A stretch of DNA of 64,000 bases from a bacterium (GTDB lineage: Bacteria; Actinomycetota; Acidimicrobiia; Spongiisociales; Spongiisociaceae). The notes under the pieces are model-generated. The model searched no databases and was not told the origin of the DNA. It was given only the letters and a program-made list of their open reading frames with translations. Both the position numbers and the translations under genes were made by a program. The DNA is taken from NCBI GenBank assembly GCA_028821265.1, contig JAPPGU010000033.1, positions 11,437 through 75,436 of the forward strand. Direction: 5' to 3'. Shown here one piece after another: positions 17,549-25,716 of this stretch (position 1 is its first letter; the number at the start of each line of letters is the position of its first letter).

Positions 17549-18427
17549 ATGCCGGAACTGCCCGATGTGGTCGTGTATCTGGAGGCCCTCGAGCGGTTCG
17601 TCGGGGGGCGGGTTCTGGAACGGGCCAGGGTGGTGTCGATCTCGCTCCTCCGCACCTTCGACCCGCCGCTATCCGAAGTGGAGGGCAGGCGGGTGGTCGG
17701 GTTCCGCCGCATGGGGAAGCGCTTGGTCCTGGAGCTCGAGTACGACCTCTTCATGGTGTTCCACCTGATGATTGCGGGCCGGTTCAGATGGAGGGTTCGC
17801 GGCGCGGCCGTACCCAGGAAGGTCGGTCACGCCGCGTTCGACTTCCCGAACGGAACGCTGGTACTCACCGAACAGGGCTCCAGGAAGCGGGCCTCGTTGC
17901 ATGTGCACCGGGGCGCGGAGGGCCTGGACGAGCATGACCGCGGCGGCCTGGAGCCGCTCGAAGCTGGCCCGGCCGCTTTCGCCGAGGCGCTCAGACGGGA
18001 GAACCGGACGCTCAAGCGGGCGCTGACCGATCCCCGCATCCTCTCGGGTATCGGCAACGCATACTCGGACGAGATACTCCACCGGGCCGGGCTCTCGCCG
18101 GTGGTCCTGACCAGCCGGCTTGACGATCCCACCCTGGAGCGGCTCCGTGAGGCGACCGTCAGCACGCTGACCGAATGGGTGGATCGGATGCGGGACGAGG
18201 TGGGTGAAGGGTTCCCGGACCGGGTCACGGCCTTCCGGCCCGAAATGGCTGTCCATGGCAAGTACCGGCAGCCGTGTCCCGCGTGCGGGAGTCCGGTCCG
18301 GAGGATCGTGTACGCATCGAACGAGACCAACTACTGCGCCGGATGCCAGACGGGGGGCAGGATCCTGGCCGACCGGGCACTCTCACGGCTGCTGAAGGAC
18401 CAGTGGCCCGCCGCGATCCCGGACTGA
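17549..18427 (+). CDS. Fpg/Nei-family DNA glycosylase/AP lyase
   Basis: 292 aa. N-terminal MPELPDV (catalytic Pro2/Glu3), H2TH region (LTDPRILSGIGNAYSDEILH) and a C-terminal zinc finger CPACGSPV...YCAGCQ. Confidence 0.85.
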   Translation: MPELPDVVVYLEALERFVGGRVLERARVVSISLLRTFDPPLSEVEGRRVVGFRRMGKRLVLELEYDLFMVFHLMIAGRFRWRVRGAAVPRKVGHAAFDFPNGTLVLTEQGSRKRASLHVHRGAEGLDEHDRGGLEPLEAGPAAFAEALRRENRTLKRALTDPRILSGIGNAYSDEILHRAGLSPVVLTSRLDDPTLERLREATVSTLTEWVDRMRDEVGEGFPDRVTAFRPEMAVHGKYRQPCPACGSPVRRIVYASNETNYCAGCQTGGRILADRALSRLLKDQWPAAIPD

Positions 18428-18454
18428 CCTGGACCGGGAGCCTTCCAGGGGGGC

Positions 18455-19447
18455 TCAGCCCGCGGCGGCCTCGCGGAGTGCGGGGAGTACCTCCCGGCCC
18501 AGGAGGTCGATGAGACCCTCCTGGTCGACCGAGGCCATCTGGATGGTGACGATGTCGGCGTCGATCGAGCCCAGCAGCGGCAGGTACAGGTCGACGATGT
18601 CCTCGGCGCTGGTCGCCCTTGCGTAGCGTCCGAGTATCTCCTCGCGCGGTAGGTCGTCGGCTCGTTTCCGGAGCGTCATCGGATCGACGGCCTGGAGACG
18701 CCCCGGCGCCCGCAGCCCGCGCCACGAATACAGCGCTTCCCAAGCCTCGTCATCGTTACCCGCCATGATCGACCAGCGTGAGGTGAGCAGCAGCGGGCGG
18801 GGCCTTCCCGCCTCGGCCGCCGATTCCCGGGCCGGGTCGATGACCCGCTCCAGCGCGACCGCGGGATCCTTCACCGAGACGATTATCCCGTCCGCCTTGC
18901 GACCTGCCAGACCGGCTGTCTTGGGACCGCCCGCCGCCAGGAGGATCGGGACCCGGGATACCGGCGGGGAGTACAGCTTGGCCCGGTCGGTGGTGTAGTA
19001 CTCGCCGCTGTAGGAGAGTTTCTCTCCTTCCAGCAGGCGCCTCATGATGTCAAGCGCCTCCGACATCCGGGCCGCGCGCTCCGCGTACTTGGGGAAGTGA
19101 TATCCCAGCGGACCTTCGTTGATGTTCTCGCCGGTGCCCACGCCGAGGTTGAACCGCCCTCCGCTCAAGCGATTGAGGGTGGCGGCGGCCTGGGCCACGA
19201 TGGCGGGATGGAACCTCCACAAGGGGGTGGTCACCCCGGTCGTGATCTCGATCCGCTCGGTGGCCTCCGCCACGGCGCCCAGGGTCGAGAAGGAGAATCC
19301 GGAGGCCGACGCATCATCCACCCAAGGATGGAAGTGTTCCGAGACCACCAACATGTCGAAGCCGGCTTCCTCGGCGAGGACCGCATGGCGGACCACCTGC
19401 TCGGGATGCCACTGCTCGTGGCCGCAGAAGTAGGCGAAGCGTTTCAT
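18455..19447 (-). CDS. LLM-class (luciferase-like) F420-dependent oxidoreductase, G6PD-family-like
   Basis: 330 aa. MKRFAYFCGHEQWHPEQVV...SEHFHPW and LGVGTGENINE are typical of the actinobacterial F420-dependent LLM subfamily. Confidence 0.8.
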   Translation of the reverse strand: MKRFAYFCGHEQWHPEQVVRHAVLAEEAGFDMLVVSEHFHPWVDDASASGFSFSTLGAVAEATERIEITTGVTTPLWRFHPAIVAQAAATLNRLSGGRFNLGVGTGENINEGPLGYHFPKYAERAARMSEALDIMRRLLEGEKLSYSGEYYTTDRAKLYSPPVSRVPILLAAGGPKTAGLAGRKADGIIVSVKDPAVALERVIDPARESAAEAGRPRPLLLTSRWSIMAGNDDEAWEALYSWRGLRAPGRLQAVDPMTLRKRADDLPREEILGRYARATSAEDIVDLYLPLLGSIDADIVTIQMASVDQEGLIDLLGREVLPALREAAAG

Positions 19448-19477
19448 CGGACCATCTCCGTAGGGTCTGAGTGTCGT

Positions 19478-19585
19478 TCAGGCCGGATTGGGCCAGAGAT
19501 AGAGCGCCACCATGATCCCGAGGAAGATGACCGTGGCCAGAAAGGAGCCCCACCGGCTCCGGCCGTTGTCTGCAGGCGATGCCAT
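19478..19585 (-). CDS. possible 35-aa single-TM small protein
   Basis: MASPADNGRSRWGSFLATVIFLGIMVALYLWPNPA has one clear TM helix and mostly GC3 codons. It sits in the gap between two co-directional genes. No SD seen, so support is weak. Confidence 0.25.
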   Translation of the reverse strand: MASPADNGRSRWGSFLATVIFLGIMVALYLWPNPA

Positions 19586-19635
19586 TGCCGGGACAGGATA
19601 GACGGAATCGGAGGCCGGTATCAATCCTCCGGAGC

Positions 19636-20328
19636 TCACCAGAGAGGCCACGGCAAGGGGTGGCGGTCGGTGGGCGGGTATGGGTGGGTCGGATCGTGGA
19701 GGAGCGCCTCCACCCGGGCAGCCAGCGCGTCGGCTTCCTCGTCGCCGAGGAGTTCCTCGGTGCGGGTGTGGAGCCGACTGCCGATTGCCCGCTCGAGCCT
19801 CCTGAGGCAATCCACCATCGTGTCGGGGAGGGCTTGGCCGGAGAATCCCCACATCACGGTGCGGAGTTTGGGCTCGGCGTGGAGCGCCAGACCGTGATCG
19901 ATGCACCAGATCCGCCCCGAGCCGTCGGCGATCACGTGTCCGGCCTTGCGGTCGGCGTTGTTGATCACCAGATCCAGGGTGATGATCGGCCAGAGGCTCG
20001 GGTCGGCCTCGTTGATCAGGGGTGCCGGATCGAACTCCTCGTCCACCTCCACGAAGGCCTGGGCTGAGCCCGGTCCGAACGGCCCGCTGACCGGCACCGT
20101 CTCGGGAACGCAATCCAGCCCCGCCGCTCGGGCCAGCTCGAAGGTCAGCACCTCGCGGGCCGGCAGCGTCCGGCAGTCGAAGTCGTAGAGGGGTCGTTGT
20201 CCCTGCTCGGGCTTGTAGACCACCATCCGGCCCGCACGGGTCACCGCCAGCAAGGTTGCGTTGGAAGCGTTCTGGAACCGGCCGATGATCTCGGTGATGT
20301 CCCAGTCGTCGCCGGCCGGGCCGGTCAC
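19636..20328 (-). CDS. SCO1664-family protein (PI3/4-kinase-like fold, function unknown)
   Basis: Contains DLVINNADRKAGHVIAD and IWCIDHGLALH (kinase catalytic-loop and DxG-like motifs). GTG 20328 overlaps the stop of the upstream DUF3090 gene (GTGA). The longer track ORF to 20403 would overlap by 79 nt. Confidence 0.75.
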   Translation of the reverse strand: MTGPAGDDWDITEIIGRFQNASNATLLAVTRAGRMVVYKPEQGQRPLYDFDCRTLPAREVLTFELARAAGLDCVPETVPVSGPFGPGSAQAFVEVDEEFDPAPLINEADPSLWPIITLDLVINNADRKAGHVIADGSGRIWCIDHGLALHAEPKLRTVMWGFSGQALPDTMVDCLRRLERAIGSRLHTRTEELLGDEEADALAARVEALLHDPTHPYPPTDRHPLPWPLW

Positions 20329-20837
20329 CCGGGCAGTCGGTGGCCGTTGCCCGACGGGCAGTTGTGCCCCTCGGGGTCCTCGGGCAACAGACACTCCGGG
20401 CACTGAGCTCGTCCCGAGTGAACGGCCCGCAGCGCCATCACCGCTCCCGCTTTGAGTTGCTGCGGTGTGATCGCGAAGGTGGCCCTTTCATCGTCGGCCT
20501 GACCCTCCAGCAGCAGGGTCATCTGCTCGTCCCCTTCGATTCGCATGGCGATGGACATCACCCGGAACAGCACGTCGGTCTCGAGGGTCGGCTCTGGCAG
20601 GTCGGCGCCCTGCGCCACCAGGTCATCCACCGGCACGTCGTCATCCCATCCCATGTTCGAGATCAAATCCAGGCCTTGCTCGCCGAGCACCGCCGCCTGG
20701 GTCTTCTCGAACAGGAACCAGGCTCTCTCGTGCTGCGTCTGGACGAACAGGTAGAAGGCCCTCTGTCCCGGCGGGCCGATTGCCCCGACAAGGAAAAGGT
20801 CCACCGGTCCGAACTGCCGGGAGGATGGGCTGGTCAC
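20325..20837 (-). CDS. DUF3090-family protein with a C-terminal three-Cys motif
   Basis: 170 aa. FGPVDLFLVGAIGPPGQRAFYLFVQ and the C-terminal CPECLLPEDPEGHNCP. Always seen by me next to SCO1664-family genes in Actinobacteria. Confidence 0.75.
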   Translation of the reverse strand: MTSPSSRQFGPVDLFLVGAIGPPGQRAFYLFVQTQHERAWFLFEKTQAAVLGEQGLDLISNMGWDDDVPVDDLVAQGADLPEPTLETDVLFRVMSIAMRIEGDEQMTLLLEGQADDERATFAITPQQLKAGAVMALRAVHSGRAQCPECLLPEDPEGHNCPSGNGHRLPG

Positions 20838-21436
20838 ACGACCACCCCGGTTGCGTTGATGGAGACCACGGCCGGAGGCCGGCCTGCTTCGATGCTGAGT
20901 TCGGATATCGAGGCGGTCGAGATCCTCAGCCGCTGGAACAGGTCGAGGGCTTGGCCGAGGTAGTGGGCGATCACCAGCTTGATGATGTCGGCGTGGCTTA
21001 CCGCCACCACCGTCTTCCCTTCGTGCATCCCGGCGATCCGCTCCACGCTTCCGACCGACCGGTGCTGGGCCTCCGCGAAGGACTCACCATCAGGGAACCG
21101 GAACCGGGAAGGCGTCATCTGGACCGATTGCCAGGCCTCCAGACGCCGCAGCGAGTCGAGGGTCTGCCCGGTCCAGCCGCCGAAGTCCATCTCTGTCAGG
21201 CCGGGTTCGACGACGGGGTCCATCTCGTGCGGCCGGGCGACCAGGACCGCTGTTTCCATGGTTCGTTCGATGGGTGAACTGTAAACCGCCTCGATGTCCA
21301 GCCCGGCCAGCGCCTCGGCGGCGGCTCGGGCGGCCTCGCGACCCTTGCGATCCAGGGTGACGCCCGGGGCCCGCCCGGTCAGGCGGTCGCCGGTTTCCGG
21401 CGTGGGGGCGTGGCGCACCAGGAGTATGCGGGTCAT
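20834..21436 (-). CDS. histidine phosphatase superfamily protein (MSMEG_4193-like putative phosphomutase)
   Basis: From ATG 21436: MTRILLVRHAPT (RHG-type motif with A) and a later SHADIIK (His motif). Overlaps the DUF3090 start. Confidence 0.8.
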   Translation of the reverse strand: MTRILLVRHAPTPETGDRLTGRAPGVTLDRKGREAARAAAEALAGLDIEAVYSSPIERTMETAVLVARPHEMDPVVEPGLTEMDFGGWTGQTLDSLRRLEAWQSVQMTPSRFRFPDGESFAEAQHRSVGSVERIAGMHEGKTVVAVSHADIIKLVIAHYLGQALDLFQRLRISTASISELSIEAGRPPAVVSINATGVVV

Positions 21437-21842
21437 GTGCACGACTGAATCTAGATCGCTCCGGCGCGCATCGGTAAACGACTTCTCCGGGTGTGGGCCA
21501 AGAGTGAGGCTCCGGTTGCCGGAAGCCGGGTGACTGCGCAGCCGAGGCACAAGGCTCGAGAGTGACCGGCGCGGCACGGCGCGCCCCCAACATTCGGCAG
21601 TCCTCGGAGCCGGGAGCCCCAGCGAGATTTTTCGCGTTCTCGCCAAGACGGCCTGGATCTGTCACACGTCCCGTATACGTTGCCTATCGCTAAGCACCCA
21701 CACCGGCCGATGATGTAGAACCGATCGGAACGGCCGGCCCGAGGGAACATGACAGATCAATGGAGCGAACAGCCGACTCCCGGCATCCGGCCGGGCATGG
21801 CCGACCACGCTCCAACAGGATGGGTGGTGGCGGGGGAGGGGG

Positions 21843-21865
21843 CCCGGTGCGGAGCACCGGGTTTT
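21843..21865 (+). terminator. orphan Rho-independent terminator-like hairpin (plus strand) in a long noncoding region
   Basis: cccggtg / caccggg 7-bp stem with loop cggag, then tttt(cgcgag)tttt. No credible plus-strand CDS lies upstream. Confidence 0.5.
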
Positions 21866-21889
21866 CGCGAGTTTTGCCTCGAATATCGG

Positions 21890-22016
21890 TTCTTGATGCA
21901 CAGGGCACCATCTATGACGTCCTGATCCTTGGGTTCACAGCACCGTGTGTGGCGTTCTGATCCTCAGGTTCACAGCACCACAGATGACGCCCTAAGCCTC
22001 AGGTTCCGGACCGCGG
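21890..22016. repeat. degenerate tandem repeat of about 35 bp, 3-4 units
   Basis: Units are tgatccttgggttcacagcaccgtgtgtggcgttc (21923-21957), tgatcctcaggttcacagcaccacagatgacgccc (21958-21992) and partial units on both sides (gatgcacagggcaccatctatgacgtcc; taagcctcaggttccggacc). Confidence 0.7.
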
Positions 22017-22085
22017 CTGGTGATGTTGGTAGCCCTGGTCTCGGCCAACCGGCGGTCGTGGGGGCGGTGGAGACAGTCCGGTCGC

Positions 22086-22778
22086 CTAGGAGTCGAGCAA
22101 TTCGAGACGCGACAGGGGGGTGATGTTGGTGGGGAGGTTGTTCCGGACGCTGTTGACCTGGCGGGACACCGGGTACCAGGTCAGCTTGGAGTCGGCTAGC
22201 GGACCCAGGAGCGGCTCGACGGCCCCGGCGGACCGGATGTCCCGGTCCAACCAGAGATCCCAGTGGTCGCGTTCCAGTATCACCGGCATGCGGGTGTGGA
22301 TCGGAGACAGTCCCTCGTTGGCGTTGGTCGTGATGATGGCGGCGCTCCGGATCCACTCCCCGGCTTCCGGATCCCTCCAGGCCGCCCAGATACCCGCAAA
22401 CGCCATCGGGGAGTCGTCGGCCATCCTCACGAAGTAGGGATGCTTCCCGGCCTCGGTATGGCCCCATTCGAAGAACCCGGTGGCCGGCAGGATGCACCGC
22501 TTACGGCGCAGCGAATCCCGGAAGGCGGGCTTGGTGGCCACGGTCTCAGCCCGGGCGTTGATGTTGAGCGGGCCCCTCCGGTTGGCGGACCAGTGGGGGA
22601 TCAGGCCCCACCGGAACGACCCCAGCTGCCGGAATCCTCTGTGCTCGGCCACGGCGTATACGGGGTCGGTCGGCGCCACGTTGTAGCTGGGTTCGAGACG
22701 CTCCGTCATCATGTGGTCCACTCCGAAGTAGCCGACCAGATCGTCGGGCTCGGCGTTGATGACGTACCGTCCACACAT
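22086..22778 (-). CDS. SOS-response-associated peptidase (SRAP/YedK-like abasic-site processing protein)
   Basis: 230 aa starting MCGRY (catalytic Cys2), with SYNVAPT, LIPHW and FFEW motifs. Confidence 0.9.
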   Translation of the reverse strand: MCGRYVINAEPDDLVGYFGVDHMMTERLEPSYNVAPTDPVYAVAEHRGFRQLGSFRWGLIPHWSANRRGPLNINARAETVATKPAFRDSLRRKRCILPATGFFEWGHTEAGKHPYFVRMADDSPMAFAGIWAAWRDPEAGEWIRSAAIITTNANEGLSPIHTRMPVILERDHWDLWLDRDIRSAGAVEPLLGPLADSKLTWYPVSRQVNSVRNNLPTNITPLSRLELLDS

Positions 22779-22822
22779 CGGTTGCCCAGGTTACCGGCCA
22801 CTCGGGCGGTCGCCCGGGCAAG

Positions 22823-22851
22823 GTCGATCGAGATGGACCGGTCACTATCCT
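22823..22851 (+). promoter_or_regulatory. candidate sigma-70-type promoter of rnpB
   Basis: TGGACC (22823-22828), a 17-bp spacer, then TATCCT (22846-22851). This places a TSS about 8-10 nt downstream, at the predicted 5' end of the P1 helix. Confidence 0.35.
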
Positions 22852-22860
22852 GTCCCTCTG

Positions 22861-23230
22861 CGGCGAGTTCGCCAGACGGCCGCGGTTGCCCAGGGCAATC
22901 GAGGAAAGTCCGGACTCCACAGGACAGGGAGCTGGGTAACGCCCAGGCGGGGCGACCCGACGGAAAGTGCCACAGAGATCAGACCGCCGATGGCCCTCTC
23001 GGGGGCACAGGCAAGGGTGAAACGGTGGTGTAAGAGACCACCAGCATCCCGGGAGACCGGGGTGGCTGGTAAACCCCTCCCGGAGCAAGGTCAAGCAGAG
23101 GCGTCGGTGGTCCGCCGGTCAAGCTTCGGGTGGACCGCACCGAGGTCTGGCGGCAACGCAGACCCCAGATGGATGGCCGTCGCCCGTCACAGGCGGGTAC
23201 AGAATCCGGCTTACCGGCGGGCTCGCCGTA
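22861..23230 (+). ncRNA. rnpB: RNase P RNA, bacterial type A
   Basis: Universally conserved cgaGGAAAGTCCGGactccacagg (P4 5' strand), gggtaacgccc, agggtgaaacggtggtgtaagagaccacc and gtACAGAAtCCGGCTTAccgg (P4 3' strand). The P1 helix pairs ggcgagttcgcc (22862-22873) with ggcgggctcgcc (23216-23227). Confidence 0.93.
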
Positions 23231-23258
23231 CCCCGCTAGCAAATCAAACTACTACCGG

Positions 23259-23657
23259 CTAGGAGGGATCGGTGGGGCGGGGCCGGCCCCCGAACGCGCC
23301 GGCGACGTGGCCGATGATGGCGGCGACCAGTGCGAATCCTGCCAGGGTCAGCGGGCTGGCGGGACTGCCGGCCACCAGGCTGAAAGCGGCCACCACCGCG
23401 TATACCGCCAGGGCGGCGACCGCGCCGTGCATTCGGGCGAAGAAGGGTGGAACCAGGCGCCCGGCCACGTATCCCGCCACATGCTCGCCCCCGAACAGGG
23501 CCAGGGCCAGCACGGCCCAGGTGACGGTCTGGCCGGTGTCTATCCCGAAACGGGCGCCGAGCCACAGGACAGCCAGTCCGATCAGCCCGGCGAAGACCAT
23601 CGAGAGCAGGCCTGCTACCGCCCCGAGCCCCACCGCCACCAGGTTGATCGACTTCAT
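23259..23657 (-). CDS. hypothetical integral membrane protein (4 predicted TM helices)
   Basis: 132 aa, almost entirely hydrophobic Gly/Ala/Val-rich helices (MKSINLVAVGLGAVAGLLSMVFAGLIGLAVLWLGARFG...). No motif recognised. Confidence 0.6.
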   Translation of the reverse strand: MKSINLVAVGLGAVAGLLSMVFAGLIGLAVLWLGARFGIDTGQTVTWAVLALALFGGEHVAGYVAGRLVPPFFARMHGAVAALAVYAVVAAFSLVAGSPASPLTLAGFALVAAIIGHVAGAFGGRPRPTDPS

Positions 23658-23807
23658 GACCCCAGTCGCTCTTCGACCACCGTGCCTGCCAGGAGACAGC
23701 TCTGCCGCCCGGGCCGGGCCGGGTCCGCCGCCCCGGTGAAACGCTGGGGCATAGTGGCAGGTCTAACCTGCGACAAGTAGCCCACTTTCAAACAGGGGAG
23801 GTCCGTC

Positions 23808-24449
23808 TTGACTGGTTCACTCAACAGGTACCTAGCGGAGTTGCTGGGGGCGTTCGTGCTGATCGGGGTCGGTTCCATGGCGATCCTCAGCTCGGGCGGA
23901 AGCATCGCTGCCATCGCCTTCGGGTTCGGTCTGGCCCTTCTGATAGCGCTGTACATGTTCGGCTCGGTGTCGGGCGGTCACTACAACCCTGCCGTCACGC
24001 TGGCCCAGCTTATCCGGGGTGAGATCACCGGCGCCGATGCGGTCGGATACATCGTGGCCCAGCTCGCCGGTGCGGTTCTAGCTTCGGGACTGGTGGCCGC
24101 CGTGCTGGGCGCCTCTGCGGTCGGAAGGACTGTGGTGGGGGACGGTTCGGACGTCGGTTCGATCTGGGTTCTGGCGCTCGAGGCACTGTTCACCGCCTTC
24201 CTGGTGCTGGTGATCCTCCGAGTCACCTCGGGCGAGAACGCCACCGCGCCCGTCGTGATCGGTCTGACGCTGGTAGTGATCCACCTGGCGCTGGTCCCCG
24301 TTACGGGCGCCTCCGTCAACCCGGTGCGGAGCCTGGGCCCCGCCATCGTGGCGGCGGACTTCACCGACGCCTGGGCATACATCGTGGGCCCGCTGGTGGG
24401 TGGTGCGGTAGCGGTCTACGTGGACCGTTTCATCAACACCGAGTCCTGA
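23808..24449 (+). CDS. MIP-family channel (aquaporin/glycerol facilitator-like)
   Basis: 213 aa. Two half-repeats with SGGHYNPAVT and GASVNPVRS (NPA / NPV boxes) and six hydrophobic helices. TTG start. Confidence 0.88.
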   Translation: MTGSLNRYLAELLGAFVLIGVGSMAILSSGGSIAAIAFGFGLALLIALYMFGSVSGGHYNPAVTLAQLIRGEITGADAVGYIVAQLAGAVLASGLVAAVLGASAVGRTVVGDGSDVGSIWVLALEALFTAFLVLVILRVTSGENATAPVVIGLTLVVIHLALVPVTGASVNPVRSLGPAIVAADFTDAWAYIVGPLVGGAVAVYVDRFINTES

Positions 24450-24450
24450 G

Positions 24451-24475
24451 AAAGGCCTTCCTCCTCAGGCCTTTT
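24451..24475 (+). terminator. hairpin terminator after the aquaporin gene
   Basis: aaaggcc (24451-24457) pairs with ggccttt (24468-24474), with a 10-nt loop. T residues close the stem, followed by tgagg. Confidence 0.45.
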
Positions 24476-24608
24476 GAGGTACGGGGTCGGTCACCTTCTC
24501 CCGGCCCCGTACCTTCCGCCTCCACGCCATCCGTCTCCGGCCGGAGTTCTGGATGCCATGCAGATCCCGCCCGGATCGGGAGGACGGACCGCTGATAAGC
24601 TTCGCGCC

Positions 24609-25643
24609 ATGACGGAATTCTCCTGGTCGGAGGTGCTGGGAACGATCTCCCAGGGCGGCGACCTCAACCGCACCCAGGCCCGCCAGGCCATGCGCCAGGT
24701 CATGGGCGGACTCGCCTCCCCAGCCCAGATCGCCGGCCTGATCGTGGCGCTCCGGATGAAGGGAGAGACGGTCGAGGAGATGGGCGGCCTGGTCGACGGC
24801 ATGGTGGAGGCGGCGGTCCGGGTCGACCTCGGCGACGCCGACCCCGTGGACATCGTGGGTACCGGAGGCGATCGTTCCGGTACGTTCAACATCTCCACCA
24901 CCGCCTCCTTTATAGCGGCCGGCGCCGGCATCCCGATCGCCAAGCACGGCAACCGGTCGATGTCGTCCAAGTGCGGCTCGGCGGACGTGCTGGAGGCCCT
25001 TGGGGTGATCATCGACCTGCCGGCAGAGAGGAACCGCCGGTTGTTCATGGACACGGGCTACGCGTTCTTCCTGGCGCCGGTCTACCACCCGGCCATGCGG
25101 TTCGCCGGGCCGGTTCGCAAGGAACTCGGCATTCCCACGGTCTTCAACTTCCTGGGACCGTTGAGCAATCCGGCCGGGGTGCGGAAGTACGCGCTCGGGG
25201 TGGCGGATGGGCGCATGGCCGAGCGCATGGTCCGGGTGCTGAGCATCCGGGGATCGGAGCGAGCCCTCGTGTTCCACGGCTCGGACGGTTTGGACGAACT
25301 CACCCTAAGCGGCCCTTCCGTGGTCTGGCAGCTTGACGGAGGCCGGGTGTCCAGAACCGAGGTGTCACCCCGAGATGTGGGCCTGGGACCGGCGCCCGTG
25401 TCCGATCTCCTGGGGGGAACGGCCGAGGTGAACGCAGGCATCACCCGCCGCGTTCTGGAAGGCGAACCGGGCCCCTGCCGGGATGTCACGCTGCTGAACG
25501 CGGCGGCCGCCATCGCCGCATCCGGCCGTACGGACGACCTGGCCGAAGCGGTTGCCATAGCCGCCGAGTCGATCGACAGCGGTTCGGCCGGCGAGGTCCT
25601 GGACAGAGTGGTGGCGCGGAGCCGGGAACTGGCCGCGGGCTGA
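24609..25643 (+). CDS. trpD: anthranilate phosphoribosyltransferase
   Basis: From MTEFSWSEVLG: VDIVGTGGDRSGTFNISTTA, KHGNRSMSSKCGSADVLEALG and FLGPLSNP. Confidence 0.93.
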   Translation: MTEFSWSEVLGTISQGGDLNRTQARQAMRQVMGGLASPAQIAGLIVALRMKGETVEEMGGLVDGMVEAAVRVDLGDADPVDIVGTGGDRSGTFNISTTASFIAAGAGIPIAKHGNRSMSSKCGSADVLEALGVIIDLPAERNRRLFMDTGYAFFLAPVYHPAMRFAGPVRKELGIPTVFNFLGPLSNPAGVRKYALGVADGRMAERMVRVLSIRGSERALVFHGSDGLDELTLSGPSVVWQLDGGRVSRTEVSPRDVGLGPAPVSDLLGGTAEVNAGITRRVLEGEPGPCRDVTLLNAAAAIAASGRTDDLAEAVAIAAESIDSGSAGEVLDRVVARSRELAAG

Positions 25644-25716
25644 TCCCGCCAATTCACCGGAGATCTTCATCCGGATGGCGCACGTTTACATCCGTCCGAT
25701 GCTTATCATCCCGGAT

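Noticed and set aside
21780-21870. 6C-type actinobacterial sRNA on the minus strand, suggested by the C-rich tract ccccctcccccgccaccaccc next to a hairpin.
   Set aside because: I cannot reproduce the two-hairpin, C-rich-loop architecture. The terminator polarity fits the plus strand, not the minus strand. It is retained only as a generic sRNA candidate.
21890-22016. CRISPR array.
   Set aside because: The repeats are contiguous and degenerate with no unique spacers. There are only 3-4 units, no cas genes nearby, and the units are not palindromic.
23228-23262. Terminator hairpin for rnpB (ctagc ... gctag).
   Set aside because: It has only a 5-bp stem with a 17-nt loop and no U-tract. It is mentioned only as a possible fragment of the TAGTTG element.
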